Source: a virus
IMG/VR virus record: IMGVR_UViG_3300045988_146774
Coordinates: 107,897-171,896 of that record
Length of the DNA stretch: 64,000 nucleotides
Strand: one strand, 5' to 3'
The notes beneath the pieces are model-generated. The model did not search any database, was not told the DNA's origin, and saw only the letters and a program-made list of their open reading frames with translations. The translations under genes and the position numbers were made by a program. This document shows positions 1-8,472 of this stretch, piece by piece (the stretch's first letter is position 1; every line of letters starts with the position of its first letter).

Positions 1-281
1 CCTGTGATATTAACAATGCCATAACACTCAAAATCAACATTGCCATCTTTATCAATAATTACAACATGAGCTGGTTCATTAAAATCATTATTAATTACAA
101 GATTCTGTACTTCTATAGATTCTTTCTTTTTGCGATTCGTCTCTACGCTAGGTTCTTTCGCACATCCAACGAGTAAATAAGCGATTAAACCAATAATCAC
201 ACATAATACTACGGTGAATAGAGAAGCCCATGCGAAATCCTTCATCTTTTCGATAAAACCCTTGTTTTCTTCTTCAAACAT
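1..281 (-). CDS. membrane-anchored / lipoprotein-like protein (3' end runs off the window)
   Basis: ATG at 281, 1 nt after the TAG of the upstream gene. Hand translation MFEEENKGFIEKMKDFAWASLFTVVLCVIIGLIAYLLVGCAKEPS.. shows a hydrophobic helix ending in lipobox-like LVGC. Frame stays open to nt 1. Confidence 0.5.
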   Translation of the reverse strand, partial: MFEEENKGFIEKMKDFAWASLFTVVLCVIIGLIAYLLVGCAKEPSVETNRKKKESIEVQNLVINNDFNEPAHVVIIDKDGNVDFECYGIVNIT

Positions 282-282
282 G

Positions 283-537
283 CTATTGTACCCCCACAAA
301 CCACTTTGAAATGCGTCTTTCATACGAATTTAACGAATTTTCGACCCTCGAAAAAGCCCGCAAAATAGCGGTTTTTTGAAAACACGATAAAATGCCCATG
401 ATTGACTTTCCGTCAACAATATATCTTCCGACGCAATAATCAATATTTATGTCAGAAAACGTGTTTGAAATGTCTGCAAACTCTTTAATATCGTCTAAAG
501 TCGGTAATTTGATATTATATTCTCTAATTTGAATCAC
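283..537 (-). CDS. HPr-like (PTS phosphocarrier fold) small protein
   Basis: 84 aa. Core ..IDYCVGRYIVDGKSIMGILS.. resembles the HPr-family xDAKSIMGxxxL segment. Overlaps the ligase stop by 14 nt. Confidence 0.4.
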   Translation of the reverse strand: MIQIREYNIKLPTLDDIKEFADISNTFSDINIDYCVGRYIVDGKSIMGILSCFQKTAILRAFSRVENSLNSYERRISKWFVGVQ

Positions 538-2500
538 CTCCTAAATATTTTTCAATGAAATCATCTTCAGACAAGATTGGCACTCCTAAATTTTTTGCTT
601 TTTTATTTTTGGATGACGTTGATTCCGCATCGTTATTAATAAGTGCCGTCGTTTTTGAGCTGACTGATCCAGCAACCTTACCTCCAAGAGATTCGATTTT
701 CTCCTTTAGAGCATCACGGTTTTTAAATTTATTTAGTGAGCCAGTGATTACAAATGACATTCCGGATAGGCTTGTACCATTCTTCTTGTTGTTCTGCACA
801 TTAAACTTAAATTCCTGAGACAATTCCCACATTTCCTCATAATGTTTTTCGAAATAATCATCCAAAGATTTTACAAGTGAATCGTCAATACCAGAGATTC
901 TTTTGAAATATCTTGCATGATTTACAAGCATAATCTGAATAAACTTACCAATCATTCCGTCACATTCATTAGATATTGCCTTACTTGCTGCCTTACCAAC
1001 CATAGGAATAGAAAGGCTGCATAAAAATCTATCAAATGTTGTGTGTCTACTATCTTCAATTGATTTCATGAGCTTATTTACTGATTTCGTTCCGAATCCT
1101 TCAAGAACTGACATCTTTGATTTAAAATCACTAAGATGATAGATATCTTTGATTGAGCTTAACCAACCAAGATTAATGAATTTCTGAATTGTTGCTTTTG
1201 ATAACCCATCGAGATCAAGAGCATTTTTGCTAACCGCATGTGTAAGTTTCCCAAGAAGTTTGCCCTTACAATCTAGATTAGTACAGATAAGAACCTCTGA
1301 GTCATTCTCTTTTACTATTTTTGTTTCTCCTCCACAAACAGGGCATTTGTCCGGAATGGTAAAATTGCCAGACTTATCAATGCTGTCATGAACTTTTGGA
1401 ATGACCATATTTGATCTGTAGATTCTAATTCTATCGCCAATTCCTAACATCATATCCTTAATGTATGTAATATTATGAAGTGTGGCTCTTGTTGTAATAG
1501 CCCCAGACAAATTCACTGGATCAAAAATCGCAACTGGGTTAATAAGTCCTGTCTTAGAAGTATTCCATTCAATATCTCTAAGGGTTGTCTCAAATAATTC
1601 ATCTTCATATTTATATGCTATGGAATGACGGAAGAATGTTTCTGTGCGCCCCATAGACTCTGCAATTTTGTAATCATCGGTAGCCATTACTGCACCATCA
1701 TAAGGAATATTGTATTTATCAGCTGCTTCTCTTAAGCTTTCCAACATGTCTGGTAAATTCTCTCTGTCTTCAGAAGAGTTAGAATATGTATACATTGGAA
1801 CTATTTCAAATCCAAGTTCCTCTGCCCTTTTTAAATCTTTAAATACAGATTTATGTTCGAATCCTTTGATCACTCTCCATGCAATGAATCGCATATTCCT
1901 CTCAGCAGCTTCTGCGCTATCGAATAGCTGAAGCGAACCAGACACAAGATTTCTAGGATGCTTGTATTTTTTATCTTCTGGAAGAGGTTCGTTAATTTTT
2001 CTGAAAGAATCCCACCCAATAATTGTCTCTCCATCAATAATTAATTCATCTGTATAAGGAATAGTATGTGGAATATTCTTGATTGTAAGCACGTTTTGGA
2101 GGACATTAACACCTCGTACACCATCCCCCCTAGTTTCTGCACCGGTTAATTTACCATTAGAATAGTATAGAGAAGTGGTTAATCCATCACATTTTACAGA
2201 TAAAAAACAATTTCTATTTCCTGCGAAATCTCTAAGTTCATCTATACTCTTTGTTTTGTCCAACGAAAGCATTGGGTGATTATGTACAACCTCTTCTAAA
2301 TCTTCTGCTACAGTGTATCCAACATTTTGAGTTGGACTGTTATTGTAAATGATACCTGTTTGTTCTTCCAATGCTTTTAAGTCATCGTACATTTTATCCC
2401 ATTCGTAATCAGAGATGACTGGTTCAGAATTGTAATATGCCTCAGAAGCTTTGTTAAGAGTATCAATTAAATAATTGATTCTTTTAATATCTTTTGTCAT
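524..2500 (-). CDS. ligA: NAD-dependent DNA ligase
   Basis: 658 aa. Adenylation motif KxDG in SVKCDGLT, four-Cys Zn finger CPVCGG..CTNLDCKGK, C-terminal BRCT-like FVITGSL..LGGKV. Confidence 0.95.
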   Translation of the reverse strand: MTKDIKRINYLIDTLNKASEAYYNSEPVISDYEWDKMYDDLKALEEQTGIIYNNSPTQNVGYTVAEDLEEVVHNHPMLSLDKTKSIDELRDFAGNRNCFLSVKCDGLTTSLYYSNGKLTGAETRGDGVRGVNVLQNVLTIKNIPHTIPYTDELIIDGETIIGWDSFRKINEPLPEDKKYKHPRNLVSGSLQLFDSAEAAERNMRFIAWRVIKGFEHKSVFKDLKRAEELGFEIVPMYTYSNSSEDRENLPDMLESLREAADKYNIPYDGAVMATDDYKIAESMGRTETFFRHSIAYKYEDELFETTLRDIEWNTSKTGLINPVAIFDPVNLSGAITTRATLHNITYIKDMMLGIGDRIRIYRSNMVIPKVHDSIDKSGNFTIPDKCPVCGGETKIVKENDSEVLICTNLDCKGKLLGKLTHAVSKNALDLDGLSKATIQKFINLGWLSSIKDIYHLSDFKSKMSVLEGFGTKSVNKLMKSIEDSRHTTFDRFLCSLSIPMVGKAASKAISNECDGMIGKFIQIMLVNHARYFKRISGIDDSLVKSLDDYFEKHYEEMWELSQEFKFNVQNNKKNGTSLSGMSFVITGSLNKFKNRDALKEKIESLGGKVAGSVSSKTTALINNDAESTSSKNKKAKNLGVPILSEDDFIEKYLGGDSN

Positions 2501-2701
2501 CTACTTACTCCTTCCAACAAATTCATTTATATAGATTTTTAATTTTTCATCATCTTCGACAAAGAATGGATCTAATCCCTTGTTTCGAAGAAAACTGAAG
2601 AAGTTATCAAGGAACTGGCACACTCTCATGTCAGGATAATAGATAGAATGCATACATAACAGATGCATATATAATGGTGGTAATCTTTTAGGGTTTCTCA
2701 T
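2501..2701 (-). CDS. hypothetical protein
   Basis: 66 aa ORF abutting the ligA start. Tiles with neighbours on the minus strand. Confidence 0.5.
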   Translation of the reverse strand: MRNPKRLPPLYMHLLCMHSIYYPDMRVCQFLDNFFSFLRNKGLDPFFVEDDEKLKIYINEFVGRSK

Positions 2702-2972
2702 AGATTACACCTCCTTCTGATAATCTTTGTCCACATCGGTCACAATATCTTTGGAATGGAACGTTATGATCAACCACATAATCACATTTAGGACAATGGC
2801 GGAAACCATTTTTAAATATTTTTCTCATTGGTTTTTCTCGTTCTTCTCTCTTTTTATATTCATCTATCTCTTCTTCTAATCTCCAACATTTATTGCGAAA
2901 ATAAGAGAAGTCTCTATGCCATGCTTCATATTCTTCTACTTCACGACCGGTTAATACTAATTGTTTTTGCAT
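2688..2972 (-). CDS. zinc-ribbon protein
   Basis: 94 aa. CPKCDY..(16)..CDRCGQ four-Cys ribbon after a charged helix. Confidence 0.6.
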   Translation of the reverse strand: MQKQLVLTGREVEEYEAWHRDFSYFRNKCWRLEEEIDEYKKREEREKPMRKIFKNGFRHCPKCDYVVDHNVPFQRYCDRCGQRLSEGGVIYEKP

Positions 2973-3517
2973 ACTGTTCCTCTATATTCTGAAAGTTCCT
3001 CCTGAAATGCTTCTGTTTTTGAGTATCCACATGGGAACATTTCTGGACAAAAACCTCTATAAATACATTCTCTAACCATACAAGAAGCCAACTCTGGTTC
3101 TGTTTTTGCTACATCATCTTTTACTTCTTGCCATGCTTTACGTGTTTCAGGGCTTGCACAATTACATAATCTCTTTCTACTTATATTAATAAGAGCCTGA
3201 GCATCAGCTTCACAAGCGTGATTTACTGGTGTTCCCTGTGGCGATTCATCTCTATTGACACCGGTTCTATCTGTTCTCTGAGTAGAAACCCAATGTTCAA
3301 TTCCAATTTTATGTCTTACAAAATGAACACTTACCCAACTTTTTAAATCTTTCCATCTCCAATAAAACTTCATTCTTCTAATTGGTGAATGTTCAGATAA
3401 AATAAGTCTTCTTTTCCAGTCTGATGTGGGATACTTACCAGTTGTTTTACCAATTGTATTCATTGTAGAATCCTTAATATCCTGCCAATTGTCTTCGTGT
3501 TTAAAAATGTCTATCAA
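2957..3517 (-). CDS. ThyX-like (flavin-dependent thymidylate synthase family) protein
   Basis: 186 aa. EHSPIRRMKFYWRW..HFVRHKIGIEHWVSTQR parallels the ThyX H-x-[ST]-P-F-E ... RHR-x7-S-x-R signature. The later INISRKRLCNCASPETR resembles the second ThyX helix motif. Shorter than classical ThyX. Confidence 0.5.
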   Translation of the reverse strand: MIDIFKHEDNWQDIKDSTMNTIGKTTGKYPTSDWKRRLILSEHSPIRRMKFYWRWKDLKSWVSVHFVRHKIGIEHWVSTQRTDRTGVNRDESPQGTPVNHACEADAQALINISRKRLCNCASPETRKAWQEVKDDVAKTEPELASCMVRECIYRGFCPEMFPCGYSKTEAFQEELSEYRGTVCKNN

Positions 3518-3700
3518 TTAATCTTCCTCCGCAATAACTTTTTCTTTCACTATTTTTAATAATTTTGTCGCTAACGTTGTTACGCCATCAATGAAGTTTC
3601 CAACTTCTTTACCGGATACGTTAGATTCAAAGCACCAATCTTCTACGTCCATCATGGTCTCAAAAGCCTTTTTGTAAATTACATTCTCATCAATCTCCAT
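3518..3700 (-). CDS. hypothetical protein
   Basis: ORF track starts at a GTG (3715). An ATG at 3700 sits 6 nt after GAGGAGG, so it is the preferred start. Confidence 0.55.
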   Translation of the reverse strand: MEIDENVIYKKAFETMMDVEDWCFESNVSGKEVGNFIDGVTTLATKLLKIVKEKVIAEED

Positions 3701-3911
3701 CTGAATCCTCCTCACTTCCTAAAACTTTGTCATTTGTCCATACTGAAAATCTGCCAATCCAATTGCCTAGCTTATAACTTCCAATCATTGCTAGGATCGT
3801 TGTGGAACATTTATAATAATTTGCAATCCAAAATACAATCATAAGAAATAAAATTGCAAATGTAACAAACATCACCCAGTTTCTTTTCATCCATTTCCCT
3901 ATAAGTTTCAT
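3690..3911 (-). CDS. small membrane protein
   Basis: 73 aa. Two hydrophobic segments (WVMFVTFAILFLMIVFWIANYY; TTILAMIGSYKLGNWIG). Confidence 0.6.
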   Translation of the reverse strand: MKLIGKWMKRNWVMFVTFAILFLMIVFWIANYYKCSTTILAMIGSYKLGNWIGRFSVWTNDKVLGSEEDSDGD

Positions 3912-4129
3912 CTTTTCTTTTCATCCTCCAACTGCGCTGCATATGCCGGTAAGCACATTCTCAATGCCTCATTGTCGATAAAGTCTGGTCTTCTGCAATT
4001 CAAACTTACATAATTTAAAAAGCCAATTAAAAATGAACCTATGGTACAATCCGGTAGATGTTTTTTCTGAACCTCTAATAAATCATTATAAAACGATTCC
4101 ATTTCTTCAAAATTCACTTCTGTTTTCAT
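3908..4129 (-). CDS. hypothetical protein
   Basis: 73 aa. 4-nt overlaps with both neighbours (coupled). Confidence 0.6.
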   Translation of the reverse strand: MKTEVNFEEMESFYNDLLEVQKKHLPDCTIGSFLIGFLNYVSLNCRRPDFIDNEALRMCLPAYAAQLEDEKKR

Positions 4130-4368
4130 ACAAAATCCTCCTTGATAAATTCTTTCTTTACTTCTTCTATTCTCTGTTGGAAATAATCTATCTTCTTCTG
4201 TACGAGACTGTTATATAATTTGATGCATTCTTCTTCGGTATCTGCATATTCTCTTGCTTTTGGAAAAACTTTCTTTGATCTTGACGGAGTTCCATCTTTC
4301 TTCATTGTTGTAAAATAGCATACCTTATCACCTGTTACATCGTTCCACCCGTCTGTCAGTATTCCCAA
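4126..4368 (-). CDS. hypothetical protein (start uncertain)
   Basis: 80 aa from a TTG start with no SD. The same frame is open for about 100 more nt upstream (..TRDFKPGDKIWACAYEF..) without ATG/GTG/TTG. Confidence 0.5.
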   Translation of the reverse strand: MGILTDGWNDVTGDKVCYFTTMKKDGTPSRSKKVFPKAREYADTEEECIKLYNSLVQKKIDYFQQRIEEVKKEFIKEDFV

Positions 4369-4457
4369 TATTGGTTTTATATTGCTCTTTACTATCTTTT
4401 TGTTATCAAATTCATATGCACAAGCCCAGATTTTATCTCCAGGCTTAAAGTCTCTTG

Positions 4458-4670
4458 TTATCTCTCTGCTTGTATATGTTCCTTTTCAATTGTACTGGTG
4501 AATGATAATGTTGTTTCACCTTTCTTTATATTTATATTCTCTACATTTCCAAGAATATCTCTTTCTTTAGTTGCTGAAGTCAGCGCAACTTCGTCTACAT
4601 TATCTAGCGCAAGAACATTGTTACCATCATTATCTTGAAAGAACAGTGTTCCATTTTTCATTTCGTACAT
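4458..4670 (-). CDS. hypothetical protein
   Basis: 70 aa. AAGGAG 7 nt upstream of the ATG at 4670. Confidence 0.6.
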   Translation of the reverse strand: MYEMKNGTLFFQDNDGNNVLALDNVDEVALTSATKERDILGNVENINIKKGETTLSFTSTIEKEHIQAER

Positions 4671-5007
4671 GCTATCTCCTTTTTAATGACTGACTCTCAA
4701 TTACAAGAGTCAGCCGTTGAAACCAAAATTTCATAATTAGAAGCACGTTCATTTCCGTACTTCATGAGAGCATTCTTGTTCCTCATATGTAGGATTGCGG
4801 TATGTTCTTGAGTATTATATTCTGAATGCACAGTGTCAACTCATACGCTCATCGGTTGACTGAAGTGTTACCAACAGCCTTCACCTTTACCTTTTCACCA
4901 TCTCAGGCTTTCAGTTCTTTTCACCGCATTACCGATTCATTAGTTTGATCAAGACTAATGAATGAAAATTCAATTTCACAACTAGATGTTTGCAACCATC
5001 TAATATA

Positions 5008-5160
5008 TTATTCTCTTTGCAAATCACTATTGTCGTTATCGACAGGCTTAAATTCAAAAGGATCTTTTTGTCCTGCTTCAACAGTATTTACGCAAGATCC
5101 GGCAATAAATCCACATAATACAAATCCTGCTGCAAATATAATTCCTTTAATTTTCTTCAT
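5008..5160 (-). CDS. small secreted / lipoprotein-like peptide (50 aa, below ORF-track cutoff)
   Basis: Hand translation MKKIKGIIFAAGFVLCGFIAGSCVNTVEAGQKDPFEFKPVDNDNSDLQRE. Signal-peptide-like N-terminus. ATG 5160, TAA 5008-5010. Confidence 0.45.
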   Translation of the reverse strand: MKKIKGIIFAAGFVLCGFIAGSCVNTVEAGQKDPFEFKPVDNDNSDLQRE

Positions 5161-5175
5161 AATTGTATCTCCATC

Positions 5176-5538
5176 TTAATTTATAACAGTTCCATTTTTA
5201 TCAAAGCTTATTGATATGGATCCATCCATGTTCTTATATCTTGGGATATCTTCTGCCTTAATTACAATTTTCCTTGTTTTTACAAGACAATAATATGCAA
5301 TAAAGAATTCATAATTAGATGAATTCGGAACTATTCTATATTCATCTTCTCCAGCTACTTGGATATCAAAGGGAACTTGCCTTCCAAGCTCTCCATCTCT
5401 GATTTCATATACTTGAATTGTATTTAATATGACATCATCTTTATGCAAATCAAAATAACGTCCTTTAAAGTAGTGTCTCATTAACAATCGTGTTATTTCT
5501 TTTGTATTTGTCATTTCTACCTCGTATTCTTCTTGCAA
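5176..5538 (-). CDS. hypothetical protein
   Basis: 120 aa. Tiles with neighbours. Confidence 0.65.
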   Translation of the reverse strand: MQEEYEVEMTNTKEITRLLMRHYFKGRYFDLHKDDVILNTIQVYEIRDGELGRQVPFDIQVAGEDEYRIVPNSSNYEFFIAYYCLVKTRKIVIKAEDIPRYKNMDGSISISFDKNGTVIN

Positions 5539-5714
5539 TATTTAATAATATTCTCTTTACATTTATCACAAATTCTTGCTTTGTAATTTCTTTGTACTAT
5601 ACAAGGGTCATCTCCACGGAATCCTAAGCCTTTCATGTCTGAAAAAACTATTGTAATACCATTGTACTTTGAAACTTCTTCTCTACAAATATCACAAACT
5701 TCAACTACTGCCAT
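5517..5714 (-). CDS. zinc-ribbon mini-protein
   Basis: 65 aa. CDIC..(40)..CDKC. Confidence 0.6.
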   Translation of the reverse strand: MAVVEVCDICREEVSKYNGITIVFSDMKGLGFRGDDPCIVQRNYKARICDKCKENIIKYCKKNTR

Positions 5715-6015
5715 TTACAATTTCCTCATATCTTTCGCATCTATTTTGTAATACACTAGAATAATCTTCTAATTCTGATATCTTCTCATTTAGAGTGTCC
5801 ACTTTTTCTTGCAATGCATCTACTTCATCTTCGGCATCTCGCAGATAACCGTCAGATTTTTCAAGTTCTTTCTCTAACTCATAATATTCCTCGTCTGTAT
5901 GAACCGGAAGTAATTCTACAATCTTAGCAGCAAGTTCTTTATTATATTCTCCGATAAGGTTCAGGCATTTGTCTAATGTTGAAACTGATTCCCAATTATT
6001 GTTTATGTAAATCAA
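5701..6015 (-). CDS. coiled-coil protein
   Basis: 104 aa. E/L-rich heptad-like stretch LEKELEKSDGYLRDAEDEVDALQEKVDTLNEKISELE. Confidence 0.6.
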   Translation of the reverse strand: MIYINNNWESVSTLDKCLNLIGEYNKELAAKIVELLPVHTDEEYYELEKELEKSDGYLRDAEDEVDALQEKVDTLNEKISELEDYSSVLQNRCERYEEIVNGSS

Positions 6016-6218
6016 TTAATCACCTCTGGTTCTTTCTCAATTTCTCTGCAAAATTCTAAGTAGTCATCCACCGCATCGTGAAATTTTTCTTCAATTTTTA
6101 AACAATCATCTGTATGAAAATTTACAAAATCACGTATTCCTTCAATTTTACCGTAGAAAATATTATCTTCTCGATCGAATTCTATCTTTGTCCTATATCC
6201 TTTATATTCTAAAATCAT
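6012..6218 (-). CDS. HicB-like antitoxin-family protein (orphan)
   Basis: YKGYRTKIEFDREDNIFYGKIEGIRDFVNFHTDD..AVDDYLEFC matches the HicB N-terminal domain pattern. ATG at 6218 follows GGAG by 7 nt. The track start 6248 is possible but has no SD. Confidence 0.55.
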   Translation of the reverse strand: MILEYKGYRTKIEFDREDNIFYGKIEGIRDFVNFHTDDCLKIEEKFHDAVDDYLEFCREIEKEPEVIN

Positions 6219-6248
6219 TATTTTTCTCCAATGAAAGCGCAGTTTCAT

Positions 6249-6470
6249 CTACTCAAAATAGCCACCAAGATACGTTTCGTTGCGCTCATTTAGACTTATT
6301 TCATTCACTTCAAAATAGTAATCGTATTCCTTTTGCAATTCTTTTAGTGCATCGTATACATGTTCTTCATCAAATACTCCAAACATACTAATCTGAGAAC
6401 CCCATGAATCGTTGTATGTATCTGCACTTATGACATATAATTTCATTCTTCTATTAATCCTTTCTTCCAT
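6249..6470 (-). CDS. hypothetical protein
   Basis: 73 aa. Tiles. Not HicA-like. Confidence 0.6.
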   Translation of the reverse strand: MEERINRRMKLYVISADTYNDSWGSQISMFGVFDEEHVYDALKELQKEYDYYFEVNEISLNERNETYLGGYFE

Positions 6471-6639
6471 TTAATTTCCTACCACACCACGGGCAGTATT
6501 TGATATATTCTCTCTGATGTATAAATTCATCATCATACTCATCCCATTCTGAAGTTTCGATGTCTAAGTAATATTGGTTGTCCAAGGGATCAATGAAAAT
6601 GCAGCATTCAGGAGAATTTTCTTCACAGTAATTACACAT
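6454..6639 (-). CDS. zinc-ribbon mini-protein
   Basis: 61 aa. CNYC..CC..(35)..CPWCG. Confidence 0.6.
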   Translation of the reverse strand: MCNYCEENSPECCIFIDPLDNQYYLDIETSEWDEYDDEFIHQREYIKYCPWCGRKLNGRKD

Positions 6640-6648
6640 ATGTATTCT

Positions 6649-7002
6649 CTACTCCTTCTCGCTTACAAGCTTAATCTTATATCCAAGTTTTCTTTCAATT
6701 TCTGAAATAGTCATCTCATGTTCTTTCTTACATATATTTTCATATGTAATCTTGTCATCTACGCATCTCAAATCTCCAAATCCAAGATCTACGAAAGTTC
6801 CGTAAGTTCCATAACCACACATTTCTCTAGATATTTTGATTGCATCCATATTGAACGGTAATTCAAGTTTTGCCTTACATCTATCAACAGAACTTTCTGT
6901 TTCGATAATCACGGATAAGTTAATATAATATTTATTATCTTCTTCTACAAATTCTATATTTTCTATTTCTTTGATATTTCTATTTAATATTGAAATCTGC
7001 AA
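6649..7002 (-). CDS. hypothetical protein
   Basis: 117 aa. Tiles. Confidence 0.65.
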   Translation of the reverse strand: MQISILNRNIKEIENIEFVEEDNKYYINLSVIIETESSVDRCKAKLELPFNMDAIKISREMCGYGTYGTFVDLGFGDLRCVDDKITYENICKKEHEMTISEIERKLGYKIKLVSEKE

Positions 7003-7029
7003 AATTCTCGCCTCCTTTGGAAGAATGAT

Positions 7030-7467
7030 TTACTCATTACATGCATATGTATCTCTTACAGACACTTCCTTAATGAATCTTATAATGTCATCTATTGTTT
7101 CTTCGTCCAATAATTTACCGCTTATTGCTTTACTTCCTCCGTATTTGAACATTTTATTTTTGACATAAGAATATTCCATAAGCAATTCTTTTAACCTATC
7201 GATGCTGTTGGTGAATTCGATTTTAATAGATTCTTTTGCATATTGTTTTACTAATTTTTCTACATCTTCTTTAGAAAAATCTACTTTTACGGTTGCGATA
7301 CATTGAGGTTCCGCTGTTGGTTGATCTTTAATGCGTTCAATTGCTAATAAAATTCCTTCCAAAATTTCTGGGTTGCGAACTTCTACAATGTTCATTTTCA
7401 ATTCTGTCATAAGCTTGTCAGCATCAATCAATCTCATATTATCTATTATCCCTTCATTTTTACACAT
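7030..7467 (-). CDS. hypothetical protein
   Basis: 145 aa. Tiles. Confidence 0.65.
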   Translation of the reverse strand: MCKNEGIIDNMRLIDADKLMTELKMNIVEVRNPEILEGILLAIERIKDQPTAEPQCIATVKVDFSKEDVEKLVKQYAKESIKIEFTNSIDRLKELLMEYSYVKNKMFKYGGSKAISGKLLDEETIDDIIRFIKEVSVRDTYACNE

Positions 7468-7497
7468 CGTTTATTATAGATATTCTCTATTCCTTGA

Positions 7498-8310
7498 TTA
7501 TTTCATTACGTTTTTTAACAACGTGACTCTTGTAAGCAATCCCACTCCTCCAGGCACAGGTGTTACATAACAACAATTACCAAAATAATCTTCAACATCT
7601 TTTTGATCAATATCTCCACATAACTTTCCGTTTTCATCTCTGTTTATACCAACATCTATAATAATAGTGTCGATGCCGAAACAAAATGAATCAAACTTCT
7701 TAGGCTTGCCAATTGCAGAAATAACGATGTCTGACATTTTCATGAAATTCTCCATGTGATATTTTTGTGTCTTACTATTACAACTAATAACTGTTGCACC
7801 TTTATCAATAAGCATATCTACAAGTGGTTTTCCTACTATCTCGCTTCTTCCTAATACAGTTACTAATTTACCTCTTAGATCAATGTTATTAACTTCAAGC
7901 CAGTCAATAATTCCCTGTGGCGTACATGGATTATAAAGTGAATCTTTTCTAAATCCATCAACATCTTTTTCTGGACTAATAAACTGTTGTAATATTTTTA
8001 TGTTGTATTTATCCGGAATAGGAAGTTGAATAATGATTCCATCAACTTCTTTAGAATTGTCTAGACCTTTAATAATTTGACATAAATCTGATTCATCAAG
8101 ATTTTCATAATCTGTAATATGAATATGATTAAACTTTATACCAACATATTCACAATCTTTTCTTTTACCTTTTATATAAGAGTTACTTGCTTTATTGTCT
8201 CCAATCTGAATTACTGTAAGGCAACGCTGTCTTAGTGAGTTTTTGCATAACTCTTTTAGTTCTTCTTTTAGACTGGCTGCATATTCTTTACATGAAATAA
8301 ATTCTGTCAT
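7498..8310 (-). CDS. folD: bifunctional methylenetetrahydrofolate dehydrogenase / methenyl-THF cyclohydrolase
   Basis: 270 aa. YIKGKRKDCEYVGIK, DGIIIQLPIP, PEKDVDGF, PCTPQGI, VLGRSEIVGKP, TPVPGGVGLLT are the FolD signature blocks in the right order. Confidence 0.92.
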   Translation of the reverse strand: MTEFISCKEYAASLKEELKELCKNSLRQRCLTVIQIGDNKASNSYIKGKRKDCEYVGIKFNHIHITDYENLDESDLCQIIKGLDNSKEVDGIIIQLPIPDKYNIKILQQFISPEKDVDGFRKDSLYNPCTPQGIIDWLEVNNIDLRGKLVTVLGRSEIVGKPLVDMLIDKGATVISCNSKTQKYHMENFMKMSDIVISAIGKPKKFDSFCFGIDTIIIDVGINRDENGKLCGDIDQKDVEDYFGNCCYVTPVPGGVGLLTRVTLLKNVMK

Positions 8311-8313
8311 TTT

Positions 8314-8472
8314 TTATTCTCCATCGTCGATAAACTCAGTTCGTGAATATCCATTCCAATAATGCTCGTTTCCACAATACTGTTGACACACTATATCGGA
8401 ATCACATACATGGTCACATCTATTACAATTTGGTTCTTCGTCATCGACTGTGTATATTTTTACGTTACTCAT
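8314..8472 (-). CDS. Cys-rich mini-protein (52 aa, below ORF-track cutoff)
   Basis: Hand translation MSNVKIYTVDDEEPNCNRCDHVCDSDIVCQQYCGNEHYWNGYSRTEFIDDGE. ATGA overlap with the upstream stop. Its GGAGAATAA end supplies the SD for folD. Confidence 0.45.
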   Translation of the reverse strand: MSNVKIYTVDDEEPNCNRCDHVCDSDIVCQQYCGNEHYWNGYSRTEFIDDGE

